DNA of 63,975 nt, counting the filler, from Candidatus Woesearchaeota archaeon (GTDB lineage Archaea > Nanobdellota > Nanobdellia > Woesearchaeales > BM511): NCBI GenBank assembly GCA_023266675.1. It is 5 parts of 5 records of this genome, joined end to end, with 100 filler letters (N's around TTAATTAATTAA, not from the genome) between each part and the next. Parts side by side here need not be neighbours in the genome. Positions count along the whole stretch, not along the records: positions 48,777 to 57,539 come from JAHFPP010000057.1; positions 57,640 to 63,975 come from JAHFPP010000068.1; 3 more parts are not named here. One strand, 5' to 3'. A program made the translations under genes and the position numbers. The notes below the pieces were generated by a model. That model did not search any database. It was not told where the DNA came from and worked only from the letters and a program-made list of their open reading frames with translations. Below are positions 49,503 through 60,600 of this stretch, in pieces. Each line of letters begins with the position of its first letter. The stretch's first letter is position 1.

Positions 49503-51905
49503 ATGCCACAAATAACAATAAATAGAAAAGTGTTTGAAACACTCGTTGGACGAAAGCTGCCTATCGAAAAGCTAAAAGACAGAATAAGCTATTTAGGAAC
49601 TGATCTTGATGAAATAACTGATGACGAGATAATGGTTGAAATTTTCCCAAACAGACCGGACATGCTGTCAGAACAGGGATTTGCACGGGCATTTTCAAGC
49701 TTCATCGGTGAAAAAACAGGTCTAAGAAATTATGAAGTAAAAAAAGGCGGCAAAGATTATAAAGTAATAATAGATGATTCATTAAAAGATGTAAGACCAT
49801 ACACTGCGTGCGCAATTGTTAAAAACCTTAAGTTTGACGACGAAAGAATAAGGGAAGTAATTCAGATACAGGAGAAGCTTCACATCTCCTACGGACGTCA
49901 GCGAAAAAGAGTTGCAATAGGAATTTATCCTCTTGAAAAAATAACGCTTCCAATAACATTCAAAGCAATGAAGCCTGACGAAATAAACTTTGTGCCGCTT
50001 ATGGCAGACGACAGCAAAGCTCAAAATGAAGAAAGCGGACAGACAATAAAATTGTTCTGGGAAAACCCTTATCTCATAAAATGCAAAGCAAAAGTTGTTC
50101 AAATAAATGGCAAAAAAGTAAAACTTGATCAAACAATATTCTATGCTTTCTCAGGAGGGCAAGAATCAGACTCAGGAACTATCGGTGATATAAATGTTCT
50201 AAGCGCTGTAAAGCAGGGTGACAAGGAAAGCATAATTAATATTGAGTACGAGCTGGAACATGAGCCAAATTTTAAAGTTGGAGACGTTGTTGACGTAAAA
50301 ATTAATAAAGAAAAGCGAGGAAAGCTCATGAGGCTGCACTCAGCAGCACACATAATATATTATATTGTTTATGAAAAACTTGGAAAGCTTAAAATAATTG
50401 GCTCAAACATAACAAGCGAGAAAGCAAGAATGGATTTTGAATACGACAAGCCATTAAATGAAGTTTTGCAGGAGATAGAATCAGACGTTAATAAATTAAT
50501 TGAAGAAAATCACAAAATAGAAATGTATGGGGATGAAAAAAACCAAAGCCTAAGATGGTGGAACTGCAAAGAATACAAGATGCCATGTGGTGGAACACAC
50601 GTAAGTTCAATGCAGGAAATAGGGAAAATACAGTTAAAAAGAAAAAATATCGGAGCAGGAAAAGAAAGAATTGAGATATACCTATCTGAAGAAGAAAATC
50701 TGCATTTTTATTCTCAAGAAAAATATGAAGAGCAAAAATCAAAAATAATTGCTCCTAAAATAATGACTGCAAAACAGATTCTTGAAAATCACCCGACTGG
50801 AAAAGAATACGCGCCACTTTTGCACGGGCTTAAAAAATACCCGATATTTATTGACACAAAAGGAAAAATACTCTCAATGCCTCCAATAATTAACAGCCAT
50901 GACATAGGCAAGGTTACGGAAAAAACAACAGACGTGTTCATTGAATGCTCAGGTTTTGACTTTGAAGTGCTGTCAAAATGCCTAAATTTCATAGTAACTG
51001 CGCTGTCTGACATGGGAGCAGAAATATATGAGATGGAACTTGATTATAAGGACAATAAAAAACATACTCCTAACTTAAATCCGCTCGAAATGAATGTTGA
51101 CCATGATTACATAAACAAGCTTTTAGGGCTTGAATTAAAAGATGGCGAATTTAAGGAATATTTTGAAAAAATGGGATATGCATATCATAAAAACAAGGTT
51201 TTTGTTCCAGCATGGCGTGCAGACATACTTCACCAGGCAGACCTCGCTGAAGATGTGGCAATAGCTTATGGATACGAGAATTTTGAAGAAACAATTCCAA
51301 ACGTCGCAACAATAGGGCACGCAAATGATTTTGAAGTCTTCAAGGAAAGAATACTTGAAGTGCTAGTCGGCCTTGGATTTATAGAAACAAATACGTTTTG
51401 CATAATAAACAAAGATGAGCAGATAAAATTCATGAATTATAACGGCGAAGTTGTTGAACTCTTAAATTCAGTATCAGAAGAATACAACTCACTTAGGTCA
51501 TGGATGACGCCAGCAATGCTTAGCGTATTAAAAAATAACAAGCACCATGAGTATCCGCAGAATATCTTTGAGGCAGGAAAAGTATTCTTAAAAGACAGTG
51601 AAAAAGAGACAGGTGTAAAAGAGGATGTCAGGCTTTGCGTTGCAATATCAGCAGTTGACGCAGACTACACAAGAATAAGGCAAGTTCTTGATTTAATATT
51701 CGAATCATTAAACACCGACTATGAAATAACTGAAACAGAGCACAATTCATTTGTTCCAGGGCGTGTTGCAAGAATAATAAAAGGAGACAAAAAAATAGCA
51801 TATATTGGAGAGATACATCCAAAAGTACTGGAAAATTTTTCGCTTGAAACTCCAACGGCAACGCTCGAATTAAACCTAACCGAGCTTTATTCCATATTAA
51901 AATGA
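49503..51905 (+). CDS. pheT: Phenylalanyl-tRNA synthetase beta subunit with inserted AlaX editing domain
   Basis: NRPDMLS, QEKLH, LSMPPIINS, RADILHQADLAEDVAIAYGY, IGEIHP; insert carries FYAFSGGQESDSG, HSAAH and CGGTH. Confidence 0.95.
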   Translation: MPQITINRKVFETLVGRKLPIEKLKDRISYLGTDLDEITDDEIMVEIFPNRPDMLSEQGFARAFSSFIGEKTGLRNYEVKKGGKDYKVIIDDSLKDVRPYTACAIVKNLKFDDERIREVIQIQEKLHISYGRQRKRVAIGIYPLEKITLPITFKAMKPDEINFVPLMADDSKAQNEESGQTIKLFWENPYLIKCKAKVVQINGKKVKLDQTIFYAFSGGQESDSGTIGDINVLSAVKQGDKESIINIEYELEHEPNFKVGDVVDVKINKEKRGKLMRLHSAAHIIYYIVYEKLGKLKIIGSNITSEKARMDFEYDKPLNEVLQEIESDVNKLIEENHKIEMYGDEKNQSLRWWNCKEYKMPCGGTHVSSMQEIGKIQLKRKNIGAGKERIEIYLSEEENLHFYSQEKYEEQKSKIIAPKIMTAKQILENHPTGKEYAPLLHGLKKYPIFIDTKGKILSMPPIINSHDIGKVTEKTTDVFIECSGFDFEVLSKCLNFIVTALSDMGAEIYEMELDYKDNKKHTPNLNPLEMNVDHDYINKLLGLELKDGEFKEYFEKMGYAYHKNKVFVPAWRADILHQADLAEDVAIAYGYENFEETIPNVATIGHANDFEVFKERILEVLVGLGFIETNTFCIINKDEQIKFMNYNGEVVELLNSVSEEYNSLRSWMTPAMLSVLKNNKHHEYPQNIFEAGKVFLKDSEKETGVKEDVRLCVAISAVDADYTRIRQVLDLIFESLNTDYEITETEHNSFVPGRVARIIKGDKKIAYIGEIHPKVLENFSLETPTATLELNLTELYSILK

Positions 51906-52402
51906 AAATACACTACAATCTGGCAAACGAGAGAAAAAAAATGAATAATATCATTTCGGAAATCAAAAAAACTCCAAATAAAAATATTTTTCTGGAAGTG
52001 TTTGACAAGGCTGAATTTATAGAGAATATTTCAAACTCGCTTAAGAAAGGGGAGAAAATAAGGATAAAAATTGATGAAAAGACAAAAGATTATCCAAACA
52101 TACTTAACACTGACTTGCCGCGTTTTATAATACAGAAGGATTTAGAAAAGGAGCAAATGTCAGTTATTGAACATTTAAAAAATATGGAAGGATTTATTTT
52201 TAATATTAATAAAAAAGGAAATGATTACTTCTTAGAAATACACAGGACACTTGATATAAAACTTAATTTAAAGCTAAAGATTGACAGTGATAAAACCATA
52301 GACCTAAATTTATTGACAGATAAAAAAGGAAAGGACAACATATTTTTTGGGATAAAAAGTTATTACTATATCAGAAAACTAAATGACTTTTCTTTAACTT
52401 AA
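51902..52402 (+). CDS. Hypothetical protein
   Basis: ORF overlapping the pheT stop; no family recognised. Confidence 0.6.
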   Translation: MKIHYNLANERKKMNNIISEIKKTPNKNIFLEVFDKAEFIENISNSLKKGEKIRIKIDEKTKDYPNILNTDLPRFIIQKDLEKEQMSVIEHLKNMEGFIFNINKKGNDYFLEIHRTLDIKLNLKLKIDSDKTIDLNLLTDKKGKDNIFFGIKSYYYIRKLNDFSLT

Positions 52403-52591
52403 CTTCTTAAAACATAATTTTTTTAAATAATAAAAATTTATTATCATAATGTACTATTCAAGTAGATTATATAATACTGACAATAATTTAACTTATGAAT
52501 CTAATATTCAGCAGAATCTTTATAGAAAAAGAGAACGTTGTAGTAGAAGATGCAATGATGCTTGCGATGGATTTAGATGTTGATAATAGCT

Positions 52592-52972
52592 TTATCCAAA
52601 TCTAGTTGCTAAGTTTACCATTCTACCATAAGATATTGCAAATGTAATAAAAAATAATAACCCAATTGCTAATAAGACTCCAATATTCATTATAAAAAAT
52701 AAGAAACATCTTTTAAGTTTAACTTTTTTATCTTCCTGACTATCTATTAAATATACTAAGAATGAAACTAATGCTAAAAAAACAATAAATATAACACCTA
52801 ATATTGCAAAATATTCATTTCCACTATATCCTTTACTAATTATATTATTCATAGTAAATATGGGGTCAATCCATTTTCTTGAGAGTGGATATATAATAAG
52901 AATATATACTAAATCTACTATTATAGATATCAATAATAATTTTAAAATATTAAGATTAATCTTAAATTTCAT
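52592..52972 (-). CDS. Three-TM membrane protein
   Basis: Hydrophobic segments; start refined to MKFKIN. Confidence 0.6.
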   Translation of the reverse strand: MKFKINLNILKLLLISIIVDLVYILIIYPLSRKWIDPIFTMNNIISKGYSGNEYFAILGVIFIVFLALVSFLVYLIDSQEDKKVKLKRCFLFFIMNIGVLLAIGLLFFITFAISYGRMVNLATRFG

Positions 52973-53043
52973 TAAATAACTAAAGAAAATGTTATTTAAA
53001 TATCTATTCATTTGTTAAATATAAATAAAAAATAAAGAAGAGT

Positions 53044-53481
53044 TTATTCTTCCTTTTTTGGAGCTGCTTTTTTCTTTGCAGGAGCCTTTTTAGCTTTGCC
53101 TTCAGAATTATCAGACTTTTTCTCTGCTTTTTCTTTTTTAGCTTCAGTTTTTCTGGCTTCTTTCTTTTCTTTTTTCTCAGCTGATTTTTGTTTGTCAGCG
53201 CCTTTTCTTACGTGAAGCGGTCGAGCTCCAGCTTTTTTTGGTTTTGTTTCCTTGATATCAAGTCCAAATTTCTTAAAAGCTGTCCTGACGTCAGCGCTTG
53301 ATGCGCCTTTCTTCAACGATAATGTTTCCATTAATGGCTCCAAGTGCAAAACATTGCATTTTCTTCTTCTTGTTTCGCCGTCAATTATAACAAATCTGTC
53401 ATCAATAACTTCGACTATAACACATTTTTTTGCTGCATCTCTTCCTGCAAGTTTAATACAAACTCTTCCTACTTCAAACAT
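53044..53481 (-). CDS. rpl14e: 50S ribosomal protein eL14 with lysine-rich tail
   Basis: EVGRVCIKLAGRDA, RRRKCNVLHLEP. Confidence 0.95.
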   Translation of the reverse strand: MFEVGRVCIKLAGRDAAKKCVIVEVIDDRFVIIDGETRRRKCNVLHLEPLMETLSLKKGASSADVRTAFKKFGLDIKETKPKKAGARPLHVRKGADKQKSAEKKEKKEARKTEAKKEKAEKKSDNSEGKAKKAPAKKKAAPKKEE

Positions 53482-53494
53482 TTTATTTCCTCCG

Positions 53495-53550
53495 TGTATC
53501 CTTCCTAAGAATTATTAGTGGCGTCGCCGCTCACTTTTAGGATGGATGTA
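53495..53550 (-). ncRNA. Structured 5' leader of rpl14e (candidate cis-regulatory RNA)
   Basis: AUCC/GGAU and UCCUAA/UUAGGA stems enclose a GUG-A-GCG-GCGA-CGC-CAC GNRA hairpin, directly before GGAGG. Confidence 0.55.
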
Positions 53551-53583
53551 TTTTTTTAAATTATATTAATAAAAATGAAAAAT

Positions 53584-53850
53584 TTATTTTCTTGTTTCGT
53601 CTTTTATCTTCTGCCTTAAACATTTTGAGCATAAAACTCCGCCATATGGTCTTTCTGGTCTCTTCATAGTTTTTGGCATGTTCTGCATTTTTCTTGGCCT
53701 TTCTCTGGCTACGCCTTTTAAAACGTCTCCGCATGTGCCGCAGTGTGCTTTTTTAGGTTTTCTTAAAACGTGATGTAAAACTACTCTGCCGCCAGGGGTC
53801 TTTCTTGATACTCTTCTAAATGTTCTTGATTTGTGTATTCCTGATACCAT
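53584..53850 (-). CDS. rpl34e: 50S ribosomal protein eL34
   Basis: KTPGGR, CGTCG, RPERPYGGVLCSKC. Confidence 0.96.
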   Translation of the reverse strand: MVSGIHKSRTFRRVSRKTPGGRVVLHHVLRKPKKAHCGTCGDVLKGVARERPRKMQNMPKTMKRPERPYGGVLCSKCLRQKIKDETRK

Positions 53851-53902
53851 TGTAGACGTTAGAAATTAGGCTTGATTTAAAAAGATAACGGTTTTTTGAT
53901 AT

Positions 53903-54724
53903 CTAATAAACGTTCATCAATTTTCTTATTAATATTGATAGAATCAGTGAGAATATTATATATGTTCCAAGCCATCCTGGGTGCCATCCTAAAAAGCTGA
54001 AGTTTCCAAAAGGTCTGATAACATTATAGTCAACTTTAAGCTGGTATATGCTGTCTGATTCAACATATCCTTCACTCGATCCATAAATATAATCTATCCA
54101 TGTCATCTTCATTTTTGTCTGTTTTATGTTTGAGTCTCCGCTTCCTACAACTATTTTTTTATCAACAAATTGGTTGTTGTAAACAACACTTATTTTGAAA
54201 TCACCTTCCTTTTGAGGTGATATTATAAAATTAACTTCTGATTCACCATTAACTTTTACTGTTTTTTCTGAAATTAATTTTATTTCTTCAGGGACTGTTA
54301 TTGTCATATCTCCACTTGTGCCTTTTTTTAAGAATAATGTAACATTTGTTTCCTGTCCTACCTGCAGCGGGTAAAATGCGAAGTGTGTTGCTATCCAACC
54401 AAACAATATTATTATCGGAATGAATGTGTAAAGCATTGATTTGAATGATTCACGCATCATATCGCCTGAATGTGAGAATGCCTCTTTTTGAAGCTTCATA
54501 ACTTTTTTAGGATTATCCCTATTTTTTCTCATTTCTTCCTGAAGTTTTTTCTGCTTGTCCCTTACATTTTTAAGAAGTTCCTGGTCCGTTGTGTACTTGT
54601 AGATTACTGTTATGATAAGTGTAATTAGTAGTGAAATTAAAAACAGTCCAAATATTGTTGGTATTTTTAGTATTGGTCCAAGAATGAAGTTAAGTGCAGG
54701 ATCAAATATGTTGAATAGTCCCAT
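53903..54724 (-). CDS. EMC3/TMCO1 (DUF106, Oxa1 superfamily) membrane protein
   Basis: TM, coiled coil, YTFIPIIILFGW, GWLGTYIIFS; canonical position after secY. Confidence 0.88.
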   Translation of the reverse strand: MGLFNIFDPALNFILGPILKIPTIFGLFLISLLITLIITVIYKYTTDQELLKNVRDKQKKLQEEMRKNRDNPKKVMKLQKEAFSHSGDMMRESFKSMLYTFIPIIILFGWIATHFAFYPLQVGQETNVTLFLKKGTSGDMTITVPEEIKLISEKTVKVNGESEVNFIISPQKEGDFKISVVYNNQFVDKKIVVGSGDSNIKQTKMKMTWIDYIYGSSEGYVESDSIYQLKVDYNVIRPFGNFSFLGWHPGWLGTYIIFSLILSILIRKLMNVY

Positions 54725-54732
54725 TTTTTACC

Positions 54733-56157
54733 TTATTTCCCCATGAATTTTCTCATCATAGGATTCATATCATACATATGCTGTTTTGCGATGTCTTCGT
54801 ATAATCTGTATATAATCATAACTGTAAGTAGAAGTCCTGTCCCACTTGATAGTGCCCCTGATAAATCTGCCATTGCGGCCAAAAATCCCACTGTTATTGC
54901 ACCCATTACTGTTAGCGGCATGATATACCTGTCTAAAACTTTTTCAAGAATTCTTTGATCTTTTCTAAAACCTGGTATTTGAAGACCTGATTCCATCATT
55001 TTTTTGGCCTGTGACCTAGAGTCCATTCCGCTTGTTTGAACCCAGAATAATGAGAATATAACTGCGCCGCCGATTAAGATTAGTATATATGTTAAGGCCT
55101 GAATCCATGTCAGCCATCCTATAAAAATTGTTCCCTGTGAAATTATTGCGCTTACTAAGTTAGGTCCTGTCACCCATGGTCTAACTGCCTGTGCTGCTGA
55201 TTGTCCTCCAAAAAGGCTTACCCAAAGCTGCACGTTAGCAAGGAGTGCCGCGACTAATATAACTGGGATGTTTGATGTGTAAATGAATGATAAAGGCCAT
55301 CTTATGCCGTGTCCTCTTACTCGTCCAAATGATAAAGGTATTTCAACTTTCATTGCTTGCGCATACACTGCAACGACAAAAACAAGTATTGTAGCAAGCA
55401 CTGCTGCTAAAAGAAGGAATGCGGTTGTTGAGTCGCCCGCTGCTATGGACTGGAAAAATGCAGGTATTGCTCCTGCAGATATATCAGGATTAGTTGGTGA
55501 CGGCAACGGATTTATTGCTCGAAGCAATATAGATTTTGATACCCCTGCAGCGATGAAAAGTGATATTCCTGAGCCAAATCCCCATTTTGAGACAACTTCA
55601 TCCATAAGCATGACGAGTATTCCTCCAAGCATTAATTGGAAGATAAGTGCAAGTTTTAAAGTCATAATCATTGTTCCTGTTAAAGCAATTGCGCCAGCAG
55701 TTCCTACTGCCAAAAACTGATTTGTTGCAGGGTCATAGAATGCTCCAGGTGAGAGTCCTCCCATGAAAACATAAATAGCTGCCTCAAATAATATGAATAA
55801 TAATGAGAATAATTTCTGTGTTCCCTGAAAATTCTTTTTACCTTCATGAGTGTTTAAGTCAAATTTTACTAGACCTGATCCGTTTAATAATTGTAAAACG
55901 ATTGATGCAGTAACAAGCGGTCCTATTCCAAGGCTCATTATAGAGCCGAATTCTGCTCCAAGAATTATTGAAAGATATTGAAACTGCTGAAGTGCGTTGT
56001 TTCCAAGGCCAAACAATGGAATCAAACCTAATATGAAGAATAATACAAGTATAACTAGAGTCCACTTGATTTTCTGCTTAAAACCAAGCTTTGCTTCCGT
56101 TGGTCCCTTTATCTCAGGAAGATTTGATACTATATTAGTGTATAACCCCATAATCAT
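54733..56157 (-). CDS. secY: Preprotein translocase SecY
   Basis: LGIGPLVTASIVLQLL, KWGFGSGISLFIAAGV, YTSNIPVIL, IPGFR, GTGLLLTV. Confidence 0.97.
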   Translation of the reverse strand: MIMGLYTNIVSNLPEIKGPTEAKLGFKQKIKWTLVILVLFFILGLIPLFGLGNNALQQFQYLSIILGAEFGSIMSLGIGPLVTASIVLQLLNGSGLVKFDLNTHEGKKNFQGTQKLFSLLFILFEAAIYVFMGGLSPGAFYDPATNQFLAVGTAGAIALTGTMIMTLKLALIFQLMLGGILVMLMDEVVSKWGFGSGISLFIAAGVSKSILLRAINPLPSPTNPDISAGAIPAFFQSIAAGDSTTAFLLLAAVLATILVFVVAVYAQAMKVEIPLSFGRVRGHGIRWPLSFIYTSNIPVILVAALLANVQLWVSLFGGQSAAQAVRPWVTGPNLVSAIISQGTIFIGWLTWIQALTYILILIGGAVIFSLFWVQTSGMDSRSQAKKMMESGLQIPGFRKDQRILEKVLDRYIMPLTVMGAITVGFLAAMADLSGALSSGTGLLLTVMIIYRLYEDIAKQHMYDMNPMMRKFMGK

Positions 56158-56306
56158 AAAGATTTATGATTTATTTAAAAAGCTAACGATTTTTGGCACT
56201 ATTTCCTTCGTCAAGAGTATTTAAAAAGATAATAATTTTTACATTTTTTCTATATTAATTATTTTCACCCTAAATCTTTATATATAATTTAATTAAAACT
56301 ATTCAT

Positions 56307-56804
56307 ATGCTATCCAACAACAAATATGTGCATGCTTTAGTCAGGAGACTGATTATCCTTTTTGTTGTTACGATATTTGCTTTTGTAATACACAGGGTTT
56401 CTTTGTCTTTGCATCATCAGATTTTTGGCGCGATAATATTCATCATACTTTTCACGTCAAGCCTTCTTTACTATTACATTACTCTGTTTAAAACCAAAGT
56501 CATGCATCCTATCGAGTTTTTATCAAGTCTCTTCTTAGTATTTTTTCTGACGATTTTGATGTTTTCATTAATCTATAACGAGCCTATCAATGACTCAGAG
56601 ACATATTTTATAGAAAATGGTGCTGTAAAAAATGACCTTTCTTTCAGTTCATCATTTTATTTTTCTACAGTCACAATAACAACGCTCGGATATGGAGACA
56701 TAGCGCCAGTAGGGTCATACAGATTTTTTGCGATGACAGAAGTTATGCTTGGCTTAATATACGGCGGCACAATAATTTATTTTTTGACTAGAGCGTTTGA
56801 ATGA
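56307..56804 (+). CDS. Potassium-channel-family protein
   Basis: FYFSTVTITTLGYGDI selectivity filter. Confidence 0.9.
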   Translation: MLSNNKYVHALVRRLIILFVVTIFAFVIHRVSLSLHHQIFGAIIFIILFTSSLLYYYITLFKTKVMHPIEFLSSLFLVFFLTILMFSLIYNEPINDSETYFIENGAVKNDLSFSSSFYFSTVTITTLGYGDIAPVGSYRFFAMTEVMLGLIYGGTIIYFLTRAFE

Positions 56805-56880
56805 ATAATTTCTTCTCGATATTATATTAAATGTATTGTTAAGAACCTTTAAATATTAGATAAATCAGACTTATTAATAT

Positions 56881-57539
56881 ATGAAATATATTTTGATTCT
56901 CATATGTATATTTACATTATTAGTAGGATGCTCTCAAATCAAAACAGAAAATTCATCAAGTTTAAATGAGTCACAAAATCTAAAAAATAACGAAACTCAT
57001 ACCATTGAGATTTACAAGCCAAACCCCCTAAATAGTACTGAATTAGTTAAAGTTGCAAAGGTTGTAGATGCTTCAACATCTGAAACCAACAATCTTGTTG
57101 CAGGGATGGTTAACTATGAACATGGTGCCTTTCAAAAAGCCATCGAAAATTTTAATGTAGTTCTAAAGACAGATATGAATAATAACGTGGCATTATATTA
57201 TCGAGCATTAACTTACTTTAGTTTAGGAGAATATGATGATGCTATAAAAGATGCAGATGAATTAATAAAATTAACACCTAAAGATTCTGCTTTGTATGTT
57301 ATGCGTGCTTCATTCAATACTGAATATGAAAATTACGAAGCTGCCCTTAAAGACTATAATGAAGCGATAAAAATTTCTCCTGAAAATATATCAATCTATT
57401 TTTTAAGAGCAGACCTAAAAGAATTTTTAAATGATTCTAATGGCGCAATTAAAGATATGGATATAGTAATACAAATTGATTCAAACTCATCAAAAGCGTA
57501 TGTGTATAGAGCAGACTTTAAATTCTCCAATAATAATGT
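56881..57539 (+). CDS. TPR-repeat lipoprotein, cut by gap
   Basis: Lipobox LVGC; repeated YYRA...Y..AI.D...I...P units. Confidence 0.85.
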
Positions 57540-57639
57540 NNNNNNNNNNNNNNNNNNNNNNNNNNNNNNNNNNNNNNNNNNNNTTAATTAATTAANNNNN
57601 NNNNNNNNNNNNNNNNNNNNNNNNNNNNNNNNNNNNNNN
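57540..57639. other. Artificial contig linker
   Basis: N-run with TTAATTAATTAA. Confidence 0.99.
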
Positions 57640-60600
57640 ATTAAACGCCTTAATATTATCCATGCCTGTAGAAGGTTTAGATACTAAAACTGTATATGTC
57701 TTATTTTTACTTAAAACAAAAGCATTATTTAAACTTGAATCCTGACTAAGCAAAGTATTACCATCATCAATTATACTAATAGGCTCAAACTGAGAAGCAG
57801 AACCTGACGATGAAGAACCTGTAGTAGTAGATGTTGATGCACATTTATTCAAATCACACTCACTCTTCTTGCAAGACTTCCCATTATCACAAGCACACAC
57901 TGCGTCTCCATTTGTAGAAGGAAACGACGCACATGAAGCGCTGGCAACATTTGAAACAGTAAATTGTCTTGTAAATGACCCTGAAGGGAATCTTGTACCA
58001 GCTTTACAATCACCATTAGTAGCAGGCTGACCAGCCTCGAATAAGATAGATAGTTGTGATTGCCCACTATTAGTTCCTGCACCAGTATAAGTCCATGTAG
58101 CTGACACCTTATTAATTTTACATTGACCTTGTACATCTGGTTTATATTTTGTCGGGACAGTTATTTGATTAAATTTTATACTTCTTCCGGAAGTGTCAGA
58201 TATAACACAAGTATTATCAAAGGGTTTAAATGGACCATTTGAATTAAATGCGTAAGTATCATCTTTACAACTAAATACACCATCACAATTTTTATCTTCA
58301 AAAAAGACAGATAAATCTCCAGGGTTAGATGTTAAAATATATTCAATTGATGGACTAAACGGTTCATTTATAGTATCATATTTAACAGTTGTTTTATCAA
58401 AGCCCTGACCCCATTCGATAGGATTGTATTTTGCTGCCGATACAGAGGTCCCTGTGCCAAGCACACTTGATGGTACATTTCCTTCTTTGAAGACGTCAAC
58501 GCCTGTTGCGTATTTGTTTCCTGAGTATGTTTCAGATATTGGTACAAAAAGTGTGTCTTGAATTGCTCGTTTAGTTGCTCCATCTCCTTGATAGACTGTC
58601 CAGAATAAGCACATATCCTGGTCACCTGTTTTAGTCAAAGTAGGAATAGCCTTAAACGAGCTTCCAACAACAGCAACGTCGCCTGGTGAGAACTCAACGC
58701 TTGAAATCATCATGTTGCCAAATCCTAAATCTCTGGCAATGCCGGAGGTACACCCGATTATTCCTGATAATGGGTCAACATTGCATCCAAGCATGTTAAA
58801 TGGTGTTTTGTCTGATACTTTTGAGTAAAATACTCCATCCTGATGTTCATCTGGCAGACATTGCTTCTTTTTTGTCGCATCTGCGAATATCAATTGAACT
58901 TTAAGATGATCATATACATATGCTGATTTATCATTAACAATGTGAAATGATTTATCAAGCGGAACAGTCTGAGTTATCTTTCCACCAGTTAAAACTGATG
59001 AATAAGGCGGAACAGGTGTTTGTGTATAAAGACAAGGGCAATCGTTTGTTCCCTGACAATTTAATTTGTATAAGGAGTTCTCCGCTTTTGTTACACAAAC
59101 AAGTGATGCTGTATAACCATCAATATCACATCCTGGAGTTATGTATAATCCTCCTCTATATTCATAAACTGGTTTTGATGTTGCCGGATTAATCCACATA
59201 AAGCTTCGACTAAGTGTTGGTGTCATAACATTTGTGGCAAAAGAAGTAGAATAAGCTGCATCCATTATTGTATTAAAGTTTATATCCCACTGATAACCTA
59301 ATGACGCCATGCACATTTTTTGCGCAACATCTCCAACGCCGCCGCCAAATAAGGTTTTCATTGCTGCATTGTCATATCTTTGATTGAAATCAACCATTGA
59401 GCTTTGAATTCCTTCAGTTACGCCACCAACTCCTGCTGAAAGTATTGCGAGTGGGTTATTTGTTTCAGTTGCTAAATTAGATACCCCTCCTTGCGAGCAT
59501 CCTGAACCAAATGAAACTACTGCATCGCTAATTGTTTTACAGACATATTTTGAAAAAAGTTCTTTGCATACTTCGCTTGAATACTGCCCCGTATACTTTG
59601 CTGATTCAATGCATGTTTTTATGTCATTAAGCATGTTTCTTAATAGTTTTAGCCTTTGATACATTCCTGTCAGACACATGCTTGAAATCGCCGTTAAATG
59701 CTGTGATTGAGGATTAAGCATAGGTATAGTATATTTGCCAGTTACAGTATCAAATAAATGATTTGTTCCAAAAGGATTTGATGACTGGTCTCTTTCCTTG
59801 AAATAAAGTTTAGGATCGTATCTGCTTTTATCAGTTGGTAATTTTAAATGACCTGAGAATTCATCTGAGGGTATAGAATTAGCTTCAACATCTCCTTCGT
59901 CTCCATAGATATAACCTATTGTTGCATACCTATAATCCCATGTTACAGGTGTTTTATCATCTTTATTTGAGATACCTGCATTATTAAAAGGTCTAACTAT
60001 TGAAGGAGTTGTAGTTGATGAGCCTGTTATTATACAATAACATTCTTTAACTCCATTAGACTGAGTATTAGATTCTCTTGATTGTAAGTTAGTTTGTTTA
60101 GAAAGTATATACTGGTCAAACTCATCCCCGTCTTTACCTCCATAGGTTACACCTAACTTTGTAAATTGTTGTTTTTTAATTATTGCATTTGGATCTGTTG
60201 GTTTAGAATTAATTGCGTTAAAATTATCTACTTCTTTCTTAACTACACCCAGATAATCAAATTTACCGACACTTCCCCTAAATTTAGCTTTGCAGTTATT
60301 GCTACAAGTGTCAGGTATTGCTAATTCTAATAAATCATCTTTTCCATCAACATATGTTGCTTTTACAGTTAATCCTTTAATCTCCCCACCTATACCTATT
60401 GACGGGTTAACATTCTGATAAACTTTTTCTAAAGTTAAGGTATATGCATTATCGGATGAGTCCGGTTTTTTTATCCAATATGAGTTATCATAAAGGTAAC
60501 ATTGATCTTTTCCGTTTAATTCGTCTTTCTTATTTTTTATTATAAGATTTTTATCATCCTTGATATCGCAAGTAACTTTTCTTGCTCGATAAAGCATTGT

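Noticed and set aside
50001..50762. pheT insert as an intein
   Set aside because: No Cys/Ser start, no His-Asn end, no LAGLIDADG motif; motifs are those of AlaX
52495..52605. Short plus-strand ORF or C-box-like ATGATG
   Set aside because: About 36 codons, no recognisable motif, no matching D boxes
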